A DNA stretch of 32,000 bases from Haloarcula halobia (GTDB taxonomy: Archaea; Halobacteriota; Halobacteria; Halobacteriales; Haloarculaceae). A program made the position numbers and the translations under genes. Below are positions 1 through 7,885 of the stretch, one piece after another; the first letter of the stretch is position 1; each line of letters opens with the position of its first letter. The stretch lies in contig NZ_CP119787.1 of NCBI RefSeq assembly GCF_029338255.1, positions 2,587,631 to 2,619,630 on the forward strand, written 5' to 3'. The notes beneath the pieces are model-generated. The model was not told where the DNA came from, did not search any database, and was given only the letters and a program-made list of their open reading frames with translations.

Positions 1-124
1 TCACAGAACTCCCTGACCTCCGCATTCAACTCATCAAACTGCATACGCCCCCCTTTACCGGACATTCATAAAGAAGTACGGCAGCACGAATCACGAAGAG
101 AAACCAAACACACAGCCACACCCG

Positions 125-232
125 TCACTCGCTTCGCAGAATACACGGCTTCACATCGGAATCGTCCTCAACTGCGCGTGAGCTGCTGCACGAAATTGAA
201 TAGCACGTTGGCATGGAGAATGTCTTTCCAAA
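125..232 (-). pseudogene. Short remnant of the 3' end of a paralog of the 6740..7864 gene
   Basis: By hand alignment, 179..230 matches 6841..6892 at 42 of 52 positions without gaps. 125..166 aligns with 6740..6783, including the stop codon (TCA on the + strand at 125..127 and at 6740..6742). The minus-strand translation gives WKDILHANVLFNFVQQL and DDSDVKPCILRSE*, against WKDIIRTNVLFNFVQQL and YDPDAKPWVLREAR* in the intact gene. The two blocks are separated by a deletion of about 45 nt and a frame break. A stop codon (246..248) lies just upstream of the homology. Confidence 0.55.
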
Positions 233-277
233 TGGTAGTAAGTAGCTACAAGACTCTGGCCGTTAATCACCCGATTC

Positions 278-1558
278 GTGGAGGATTTAGAATCACGACT
301 AGAAGAGTTCGCAAATGCAATACACGGGTTGTCCACAGATGCTGCCCATCCGAAAACTGCATTCGAACTACTGGACATGGGGCGGTACGAAGACGCCTGG
401 CAGTCGTACCTTCGGTACTTTCTGGCCCCAGACCAACCACATCAATTCGAGGGTGAGTTTCTGAGTCGGTTCTTCGACCTTCTTGAGAGCAACGAGATGA
501 TCTCGTTTTCACCTCCGGAGACGGGTCTCCGGGCAAACCAGGGTGTCGAGGTCACAGCAGAGCGTCAATCTTCAGACGACAATCGACCCGATCTCATCAT
601 CACGAGTGGCTCAGAGTGGTTTCTCTGTATCGAACTGAAAGTGCATGCCTCTGAAGGCGGAGGAGAACAGCCTCAAACCACCCGGTATGCAAACGACGAT
701 TCCATTGTCCCGAACGGGGTCTCGACCTACGAAGACGGGGATTTCATTTACATCAAACCGACAGAAGCTGCGCCTTCGGTCTCGCCAGCGTTTTCTGACC
801 TCGCCTGGCGAGATGTTCAGTCGGTTGTCCAGGACACTCTGGCAAATTCGACGGGACACGCCCCAGCACGATCGCTCGCACAGCTCTCAGATTTCTCGAC
901 GCTCATCGATTCCCAACTAGCCATGACCGAGATAGACGAAGATACACGACAGCGTAAGGATCTCTACTTCGAATACCGCGACGAAATCACCGAGGCGCGA
1001 GACGCTATCGAAACGTTCGTCAAGACCATCCTTCAGCAAAACTGGGGACAGGCACTAGAGGAATCGTACCAGCCCAGCAACGACCACGAGATGGAGTGGC
1101 AGTACGACGATATCGGACAGGGATACGGTCAGGCCCGTGTTCCCCGGTGGGTGACAGCCAAATCTGGCTCAGAGAACCTTGACATACACTGGGAACACAA
1201 ACCAACGGAGGACGACTTCACGAAAGGACAGCTTCGATTCATCCTCGAACTTGAAGAGCCAGACCGCTCAACAATTACCAACAGTAGCGGTGAACGATAC
1301 CACCAGTTCCGAGACGACATCCTCGCCCAAATTGAAAGATCCGTTCAATCAATCGAGGACCCGCGATGGGAGGAATCAGATAAGAACCCAGGGCAGTCAC
1401 AGAAGAAGTTAGCTCGATTCGTATACGAGTATGAGCCTGGCGACGAGGACGGATACTACCAAAACCTCCAGTTCGCATTAGAGGACTCAGAACCGGTCAC
1501 CCGACTAGTGACGGAGATTCTGGAGGCACAAGATTACACGCAATACTCAAAGGAGTAA
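278..1558 (+). CDS. PD-(D/E)XK nuclease superfamily-like protein
   Basis: A 426-aa ORF with acidic composition. It starts with GTG at 278, and the first ATG is codon 34. The segment DNRPDLIITSGSEWFLCIELKVHA fits the D...E-x-K nuclease core pattern. No finer family assignment is possible by eye. Confidence 0.5.
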   Translation: MEDLESRLEEFANAIHGLSTDAAHPKTAFELLDMGRYEDAWQSYLRYFLAPDQPHQFEGEFLSRFFDLLESNEMISFSPPETGLRANQGVEVTAERQSSDDNRPDLIITSGSEWFLCIELKVHASEGGGEQPQTTRYANDDSIVPNGVSTYEDGDFIYIKPTEAAPSVSPAFSDLAWRDVQSVVQDTLANSTGHAPARSLAQLSDFSTLIDSQLAMTEIDEDTRQRKDLYFEYRDEITEARDAIETFVKTILQQNWGQALEESYQPSNDHEMEWQYDDIGQGYGQARVPRWVTAKSGSENLDIHWEHKPTEDDFTKGQLRFILELEEPDRSTITNSSGERYHQFRDDILAQIERSVQSIEDPRWEESDKNPGQSQKKLARFVYEYEPGDEDGYYQNLQFALEDSEPVTRLVTEILEAQDYTQYSKE

Positions 1559-1644
1559 ACAAATATCATCGGCGATGCAGAATCTGAAGGTCACAGTGAC
1601 GCGGCATCCCACCGACTTAGGTACTGCACTGTCATAAGACATGC

Positions 1645-2112
1645 ATGAACTTGTGGCTCGTGCCTGTAGACGAACCGTCGTTTCAGCGAACACTTGCCGA
1701 ACCAATCGACCTGTCGGACTGGGACGACCGACCAGACTCATTTCCTGATCGCGCCCGTGTTTGGGGCGTCCGGACTGATCCGGAACAGGGTTCTTGGAAG
1801 CGAAACCGCCGGAATCTCGAACGGATGGAGCGCGGCGACCCGATCCTGATCTACCGTAACTCGGAGAGCCAGTATACGGGGACCGGGCGTGTCGGTCCGA
1901 TGGCGCACACCGAACACGTCCGCGACGAGTATTGGGACGGTGGCCCGGCACTCGATGTCTACGTCGTGGAGGGCTACGACGACTCGGTCGATGTCGAACC
2001 GGAGACAGTCAATCGATTGCTCGGCTACGAGGAATCATTCTGGCCACAGGGACTCTGGCGGGTAAGTGACGACCGTCCGACGGAACGAGTTGTTCGTAAG
2101 TTCGACATCTGA
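1645..2112 (+). CDS. Small PUA-like protein, possibly an EVE-type modified-base reader domain
   Basis: A 155-aa ORF. The segment ARVWGVRTDPEQGSWKRNRRNLERMERGDPILIYRNSESQYTGTGRVG resembles the EVE pattern W-x-GVRN...ARN-x-L...M-x-x-GD-x-v-l-f-Y-h-S...ivG-x-x-x-V. The match is to a remembered consensus only. Confidence 0.4.
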   Translation: MNLWLVPVDEPSFQRTLAEPIDLSDWDDRPDSFPDRARVWGVRTDPEQGSWKRNRRNLERMERGDPILIYRNSESQYTGTGRVGPMAHTEHVRDEYWDGGPALDVYVVEGYDDSVDVEPETVNRLLGYEESFWPQGLWRVSDDRPTERVVRKFDI

Positions 2113-2162
2113 ATTGGCGGTAGTAAAAACCTTAACAACGGGTCGGCTACCTGTTCGAATAA

Positions 2163-3380
2163 ATGTCGAGGTCGTCTCAGCCGCTCTTCTCAGACAATCA
2201 TCTCTCCGAACACGAGCGAAGCCAACGCAAGAAAATGCGGCAGGAGATCGAACAGCTCTCCTCTGCTGAACTGGATAACAGCACGGACTCTCTCGCCCTC
2301 ATCTTCGCCTCCAAATACACGCCGACTCCGATCCGGCTTCACGAACCGAAAACGGAGGATGTCGGCCAAGTCAAGAAAACCATCGAACGCCTCGGACCTT
2401 CACGGAACCTTCCCGGCGGCGGCAAGGTTACCAAGAAAGTTCAACGCCTGAAATTGAAAGTGCCGTACAGCGGCGAGAAACATCTTCTCTTGAAGCGACC
2501 GAAGAGAACCACTCATCCGTTGCCAACATACGACGAGCTCACTCAGAGCCAGATAGTTTACAACGTTGATTACGAGGTCAAAGGGAAAGACGCGGACGAG
2601 ATCAAGAAAACGATCGACAGCGAGATATCCAAGTGGGAGGAGCGGCTGGAGCGCGAGGTCGAACACTTGAACCGGGATATCCGGAAGATGCAGGAAGACT
2701 TCGAGAACCGTGCCCGACGCCACATCGAAACTCACCGGGAGAACATGGAGGCGAAGGAAGAGGCCCTAGACGAGCTCGGGATCTCAACCGAATCCGTGGA
2801 CGAAGGTTTCGTCGAACCAGAAAAAAAGAAGGACCTTGAGCTCCCCGATCTCGAAGGCGAGGCGGAGCAGCGGCAGCGGATCCGGGATCGGACTTTCGTC
2901 GACATCCTGGACATCATCAACGGCATGAGGGTGAACATCGAACGGTCAAAGAACCGGCTCCGAGAACTCGACGAGGAGTCACTCCGCGACATCTTCCTCG
3001 GAGCAATTGACTCGCACTACGGCTCGGCGACCGGTGAAAGCTTCAACCGCGGTGGGAAGACGGACATCCTTCTCCGCCACGATAGTGTGAACCTATTCAT
3101 CGCGGAGTGCAAGTTCTGGCAGGGGAAATCCCATTTCCAAGACGCGGTTGACCAGCTGCTCGGCAACCTGACCGTTGACGACGGCCACGCCGCTCTCCTT
3201 GTCTTTTCTAATAGAGGGGACGTGGTCCAGGTTCGTAACCGGATTGAGGAAGCTATCGAAGCCCACGAGAACTTTGAGACGGATCTGACGCGGTTTGAGG
3301 ACCACGAAGTCTACCGGTTCCAGGCTCCTTCGGGTTCCGAGGTAAAAGTCGCGGTGAAGGTCGTCGATCTTGGGGCCTGA
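2163..3380 (+). CDS. Coiled-coil protein with a C-terminal PD-(D/E)XK (restriction-endonuclease-like) domain
   Basis: A 405-aa ORF. The central part is charged and heptad-like (EISKWEERLEREVEHLNRDIRKMQEDFENRARRHIETHRENMEAKEEALDEL). The C-terminal GGKTDILLRHDSVNLFIAECKFWQGK fits the D...E-x-K nuclease core. Confidence 0.55.
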   Translation: MSRSSQPLFSDNHLSEHERSQRKKMRQEIEQLSSAELDNSTDSLALIFASKYTPTPIRLHEPKTEDVGQVKKTIERLGPSRNLPGGGKVTKKVQRLKLKVPYSGEKHLLLKRPKRTTHPLPTYDELTQSQIVYNVDYEVKGKDADEIKKTIDSEISKWEERLEREVEHLNRDIRKMQEDFENRARRHIETHRENMEAKEEALDELGISTESVDEGFVEPEKKKDLELPDLEGEAEQRQRIRDRTFVDILDIINGMRVNIERSKNRLRELDEESLRDIFLGAIDSHYGSATGESFNRGGKTDILLRHDSVNLFIAECKFWQGKSHFQDAVDQLLGNLTVDDGHAALLVFSNRGDVVQVRNRIEEAIEAHENFETDLTRFEDHEVYRFQAPSGSEVKVAVKVVDLGA

Positions 3381-3445
3381 CAAGCCTTGATCTTTAAAAA
3401 CGATTTCTCCCCATTCTCTCTTAACCTGCGAGGTCGCCCTCTTGG

Positions 3446-3697
3446 ATGGATCACACCGATATCTCAGAGCGGGATATAGAGTTCGAGTTCTGGAACGGCC
3501 TGTACTTCCTTCTCGTAGGATTCCCGGCAGCACAATGTCGATCTACGGTTCTAACCACGGCAATTTCAGAGGCTATGGAACCGATGAGCTACATTATCGA
3601 GGCCGCGATCATCCTCAACGCACTCACCGTCATAGTCGTCGTCTGGGGGATTGGCGTGAGAGCGTACCGATACCTAGCTTTGACCCTTCATCTCTAA
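3446..3697 (+). CDS. Possible small membrane protein
   Basis: An 83-aa ORF with an acidic N-terminus and a hydrophobic C-terminal stretch (SYIIEAAIILNALTVIVVVWGIGV). The overlapping frame (3442..3756) is extremely basic (R/H-rich), which is atypical for this proteome. There is no homology evidence. Confidence 0.3.
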   Translation: MDHTDISERDIEFEFWNGLYFLLVGFPAAQCRSTVLTTAISEAMEPMSYIIEAAIILNALTVIVVVWGIGVRAYRYLALTLHL

Positions 3698-3756
3698 CCA
3701 ATTTCCGCCTTGAAGACAGCCGGCGAGAATTTTCTATCCGCAAAATTGATACTTGC

Positions 3757-4318
3757 ATGCTATGTGGTACCACTAACGTGCCCAGTCTCGAACAGATCAA
3801 GCAGAAAGGTGGGGTGGGTCTTGGAGCCCTATACCTTGTTTCGCTCCTGATAGCTGGGTACTACCTCGATGCATCCACTTTTGATCGAAGCGTGTCCGCC
3901 GGAATCATCGCAGTTATCCCGCCATTCATGGTCTGGGGAGCGGCGAAACAGTTCTACAAGAAGTGGGCGAAAATATTCGCCACGGAGAAAGTCGCCGAAG
4001 CCTTCGTCCGGATCAAGTTTCACCAGGGCTCGAAGAGATTCTACAACGAGTACAGCGAGGAGCTTCCAGGAAGAACTGGATGACCTTGACGAGAAGTTCT
4101 TCAACCAGATAGTCAACATTCTCTCAGGGATAGTCATCACCGCCGCGATCCCTGTATCCGCAGTACTCGAATTCGGTGAATTCGGGTACACCGGGATAGT
4201 CGCAGGCTTCGGACTGGCAGCCGTGTTCGGCTACGGCCTCAGCATAGCCTCGTACAGGAAAATGAACGAAGTCCTCGAATACTCAACACAAGTAGCAAAG
4301 GTGACAGATGAGGCTTGA
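3757..4318 (+). pseudogene. Membrane protein gene interrupted by an apparent +1 frameshift near 4060..4066
   Basis: Frame 1 (ATG at 3757) encodes hydrophobic segments (GVGLGALYLVSLLIAGYYL, AGIIAVIPPFMVWGAA) and stops at 4081..4083. Frame 2 continues without any ATG/GTG/TTG start before codon GTG at about 4223. It reads QEELDDLDEKFFNQIVNILSGIVITAAIPVSAVLEFGEFGYTGIVAGFGLAAVFGYGLSIASY and ends at 4316..4318, overlapping the ATG (4308) of the next gene. This could be a real frameshift, a sequencing error or recoding. Confidence 0.4.
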
Positions 4319-6026
4319 TTCAATCGAAATCCGCGAGTTCTCGCAGCAAGATGAATATACCGCCGAAACACACCCTGAAAAAGAAGACGTCAACGGAGAC
4401 TCGCTGTTGATCAAAGGGACGAACCGTAGTGGGAAAACACTAACCTTCAACGCGCTTCGATACGCCGTTCTCGGCGAAACTGTCGGAATGTCTCCTGGCC
4501 GCGGCAACGAAGTCGAAATCGGGTTTACCGACGGGTCACGGTTCTTCCGCGGCCACCCAAGCGCGTGGTACGAAACAAGGGACAACGAGTTCGAGGCGGG
4601 CGAGGCTCAAACACAGCTCCGGGAAGATACAGGGCCAGAGAACATCTTGGAGAACTATTTCCTGAATTCCCGTATCGAGATGCTGCCGCTGGAGAACCTG
4701 TCGCGTCCGGAGCGGTTAGATTTGATCCGGAGCGTTACTGACCCTGAGCACCAGGTGCTTATCGAGCGGCACTCCAAGGCCTGGGATCAGCTTGACTGGT
4801 GGATCTCCGAGGAAGACGACGAGTTACGGAAAGTAGAGGAAAGCATCGATGAGGTCCGCAGCAAGATTCAGAGCTTTGAGTCGCAGGAACGACGTATGAA
4901 AACGGTTGTCACGATGGGTGAGTCCGGGCAGCTGGAGAAGATTCGACGCGTCCTCGATGAGCACCAGGAACTGGAAGAGGAACTGGATGACTTGTTTGCA
5001 CGGAAGGAAGGGATTCGGAAGCAGTTGGATCGGCTGCGGAACCGTCGTGACTACGCCGAGTCCTACAGGGCCGAGGTCAACGAATTGATCGCCGAGGCTG
5101 TAAGCGATTTCGTCTGCCCGGCGTGCAAGACATCGGTCACCAGTCGAAAGGCCGAGAACCGGATCGATGATAATCGCTGTCCGTTCTGTGCACGTAAGAA
5201 GTCGACCAGCGAACTCAGAGAGGAGCTAGAGGAGAAGCAGGAGGATACAGAAGGGGTGGCAGAGGAACTCCAAGAGGAGATTGACGAGTTGAAGGAGGAA
5301 CGTGAAGAAGTGCAACACGAGATCGAACGCCTCAAAGCCGAGCAACCGTCGTTGGAGGACTTGGATCCGAACGCTAAGCGTAAGCTGGATGATCACGACG
5401 GTGATATCAAGGCCGTTGTCGACGAAGCGGTGAACGCTCTGGAAGAGGTACGTGAAAAGCTGGAACACCGGCGGGAAGAGCTAGAACAATTGGAAGAACA
5501 ACGCGACGTCATCGAGGACCGACTTGAGTTCTTGAGAGAGTCGAGAAGATTTGCGGAGGAACGGTTAAGCGAACTTGAGGAGGACAGTTACAGGGCTGCG
5601 GTGAGAGAGTTCGCCGATGCATGGACCGAAGTCTTCCAAGAGTTGTCGCCGGAGATCGGCCAGCAGATCTGGGTCAGTAATGAGGGTGAAATATTCCTAC
5701 CGGGCTCACCAGCTGACCGACCGTACAACGGCGACGATCTCAGTGATTCGGAGCGGCAACTATTGAATATCTCCTTCGTGATCACGTTGCAGAACTTCGC
5801 CACCGACAGTGGCTTAGCTGCCGTCAACACGTTGGTTTTAGATGAGCCGTTCAACCATCTGGATCGGACCAGCACCAGCGACCTGCTCGGATACCTGTTA
5901 GAAGACGAGAACCGGCAGTACGTCTTCACATCGTCCGACGAGAACGTCTGGGATGTAATCCCCACCTCGCAGATTATGGAGTTGCAGCGGAACACGATTC
6001 AGAGCAAGCTCACAGACTTCCCCTGA
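4308..6026 (+). CDS. Rad50/SbcC/SMC-like ABC ATPase with a coiled coil and a CxxC...CxxC hook
   Basis: A 572-aa ORF. The N-terminal Walker A is LLIKGTNRSGKTLTFNALRYAVLG. A long charged coiled-coil middle is interrupted by CPACKTSVTSRKAENRIDDNRCPFC. The C-terminus has a signature-like LSDSERQLL and a Walker B/D-loop, LVLDEPFNHLD. Confidence 0.75.
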   Translation: MRLDSIEIREFSQQDEYTAETHPEKEDVNGDSLLIKGTNRSGKTLTFNALRYAVLGETVGMSPGRGNEVEIGFTDGSRFFRGHPSAWYETRDNEFEAGEAQTQLREDTGPENILENYFLNSRIEMLPLENLSRPERLDLIRSVTDPEHQVLIERHSKAWDQLDWWISEEDDELRKVEESIDEVRSKIQSFESQERRMKTVVTMGESGQLEKIRRVLDEHQELEEELDDLFARKEGIRKQLDRLRNRRDYAESYRAEVNELIAEAVSDFVCPACKTSVTSRKAENRIDDNRCPFCARKKSTSELREELEEKQEDTEGVAEELQEEIDELKEEREEVQHEIERLKAEQPSLEDLDPNAKRKLDDHDGDIKAVVDEAVNALEEVREKLEHRREELEQLEEQRDVIEDRLEFLRESRRFAEERLSELEEDSYRAAVREFADAWTEVFQELSPEIGQQIWVSNEGEIFLPGSPADRPYNGDDLSDSERQLLNISFVITLQNFATDSGLAAVNTLVLDEPFNHLDRTSTSDLLGYLLEDENRQYVFTSSDENVWDVIPTSQIMELQRNTIQSKLTDFP

Positions 6027-6035
6027 TAACCAAAC

Positions 6036-6521
6036 ATGAGTGAAAAAGACCCCCGGCCGGACATCCCGATGCCGTTGGAAGAGGCGGCTCACCACCCGCA
6101 TCTCCTTCTCCTCGACGAGTTCGAGGGAGAAATCGACGGCCGGTTAAAGTACCATAAGTCGCTTTACCAGTACCGGAACGCGCAGGAACTGGACGAGACA
6201 GACTGGCCTTTCCGCAGCGAAGAACGAGGCCCGATGGACGAGGGCTTCACCGCCCTCATGGAGGAATACGAGAAACTGGGCCTGGTCGAAGTAGACGATG
6301 AAGAGGGGAAGATCTACATCTACCGGACGACCGAAACCGGGTCACGAGTCATACGAGGACTGCGACGCGGCCTGCGGAAGATCCGCGGTGAAGAGGCGGA
6401 GGACCGGGAGGAGACAGCAGAGCTGATCGCGGAGTTGAACATCGATAGAAGCGGGAATGAAATCGTGGAGGATGAGGATGTTCAGGAGGCGAAAGAGAAC
6501 CCGTACCAATCCGACGTCTGA
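6036..6521 (+). CDS. Hypothetical acidic protein, possibly winged-helix
   Basis: A 161-aa ORF starting 9 nt after the ATPase stop, with very acidic composition. The segment LGLVEVDDEEGKIYIYRTTETGSRVIRGL resembles a wHTH wing. The assignment is weak. Confidence 0.45.
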   Translation: MSEKDPRPDIPMPLEEAAHHPHLLLLDEFEGEIDGRLKYHKSLYQYRNAQELDETDWPFRSEERGPMDEGFTALMEEYEKLGLVEVDDEEGKIYIYRTTETGSRVIRGLRRGLRKIRGEEAEDREETAELIAELNIDRSGNEIVEDEDVQEAKENPYQSDV

Positions 6522-6739
6522 ACGCGGATTTACCCCTCATCTCTATAGCAGGTTTACCGCTAAATATGCGCCTCAACTTTCAAAACAACTCCTGAGAGCC
6601 GCCTCGCCAGGAGACTTCGAATACCGCGCACGAATATGGCAAATGAACGCAACTCAGCAATCCGTCAACTGAAACTCACACACATGGTGTGCGTCTAGCA
6701 CACTCTGGACTCCACCAACCAGATCACCTCCGCCACGTC

Positions 6740-7864
6740 TCACCGAGCTTCGCGCAACACCCACGGCTTCGCATCCGGGTCGTATTCGCTGATTTTCCCG
6801 CTGTGACTGCGTGTCTCCGCGGCAAGCACGCCGATGTGCTTGAGTTGCTGGACGAAATTGAACAGCACGTTCGTTCGAATAATGTCCTTCCAGACGGCCT
6901 CCTCCTCGTAGATGCGGGACACTTGCCCTGCCTCGATCAGTTCCCGGGCCCGTGTTCGGCCTGCCCGCGTGCAGAACGTGTTCAGGAAGACGTTCGGGTA
7001 CTCGTGAACCAACCGACGAACCAAGTCCGGGAAGTGGATCCGCGGCCCCTCTTTCCGCAACGCGTCAAGTAACAACCGGAACTCCGGGTGTCGCTCGTAG
7101 CAGTTCCGAAGCAGAATAGCGAGCGGCTGGTGCTCCGCGACGACCGTCGAACGGCCGACCTCATCTTTGACTGCATCGAGCTCCTGGAGTGTCGATATCC
7201 CGTATCCGCGAAGCACTGTCGCTGCAAGTTCCCCCTGGTCAGTTAGCGAGAACCGATCAGTACCCTCCAACAGTCCAAGTGACAGCGCACTCCGCCGGGC
7301 CTGGGTGCCCGCGCCGAAGCCGTACTCAGCTTCGATCACATCCGCTAATTCATCGCCAGCCAGCGGGCCCTGCTGATCGACCGCGACGACCGGCGCGAGA
7401 TAATTCAGCGGTTGGGCAAGCGAAAGACTCGCAATATCACCGGAAATGTCACTCCGGCGCAGTCGAACCGACAATTGCCCCTCAATATCAACGACCTGCT
7501 CGTGGGACTCCGAGGTCGGTGGACTCGACCATCGCGTCACCCCATCGTCCGTCGCACCGATCACGCCGACACCTTTCGACCGGAGCAAATCAGTATGTTG
7601 CCCGACCGTGTCGGCAGCCGCCGCAAGATAGGAGACGTGCGCCCCCTGCTGGTACGTGAGTGCCTGCCCGATCCCGCGGAGTAACCCGTTCGATCCCTTC
7701 ACCTCGACGGCGAACACGCGATCAGCATGCGTAAACCCAAGCACATCCGGATACCGCCCACCAATCGTGATCTGGTGGGTCTCGCAACGGTTCAAAACAT
7801 CCGCGTACGTATCTTGATGCCACCCGGGCACATGGACGAGTGGCTGGTAGTCGCGTGTTTCCAA
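6740..7864 (-). CDS. Protein with an N-terminal PD-(D/E)XK/Hjc-like motif; paralog of the 29822..31099 product
   Basis: A 374-aa ORF with a TTG start in the track, so the true start is uncertain. The motif GGRYPDVLGFTHADRVFAVEVKGS fits the PD...E-x-K pattern. The C-terminal blocks HFPDLVRRLVHEYPNVFLNTF and VLFNFVQQLKHIGVLAAE parallel TLPKLVQSMYDKRPAYTVELF and TVYQFKMMLRHSGILHSD in the 425-aa ORF. The gene lies 21 nt downstream of the nuclease-helicase gene on the same strand. Confidence 0.55.
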   Translation of the reverse strand: METRDYQPLVHVPGWHQDTYADVLNRCETHQITIGGRYPDVLGFTHADRVFAVEVKGSNGLLRGIGQALTYQQGAHVSYLAAAADTVGQHTDLLRSKGVGVIGATDDGVTRWSSPPTSESHEQVVDIEGQLSVRLRRSDISGDIASLSLAQPLNYLAPVVAVDQQGPLAGDELADVIEAEYGFGAGTQARRSALSLGLLEGTDRFSLTDQGELAATVLRGYGISTLQELDAVKDEVGRSTVVAEHQPLAILLRNCYERHPEFRLLLDALRKEGPRIHFPDLVRRLVHEYPNVFLNTFCTRAGRTRARELIEAGQVSRIYEEEAVWKDIIRTNVLFNFVQQLKHIGVLAAETRSHSGKISEYDPDAKPWVLREAR

Positions 7865-7885
7865 GTCTATCCACTCATATTGTCC

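Noticed and set aside
1-65. A short minus-strand ORF start (MSGKGGRMQFDELNAEVREFC...) running off the left edge.
   Set aside because: Only about 21 codons are visible and there is no motif, so it cannot be supported as a gene from this window alone.
1547-1951. Long antisense or overlapping ORFs throughout the window (for example 1547..1951-, 7189..7659+, 10741..11226+, 15074..15568-, 19035..19547-, 22387..22875+).
   Set aside because: Their products are R/S/P/H-rich and basic, unlike the acidic proteins of the convincing genes. They lie entirely inside better-supported ORFs on the other strand or frame, as is typical of shadow ORFs in GC-rich coding DNA.
3442-3756. The N-terminal 105 codons of the 213-aa ORF 3442..4083, and the 5' part of ORF 3869..4318.
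   Set aside because: The translated sequence is extremely basic (RGRDHPQRTHRHSRR...) and unlike the rest of the proteome. Plausible coding starts only at ATG 3757 in that frame, and the alternative frame (3446..3697) looks more protein-like.
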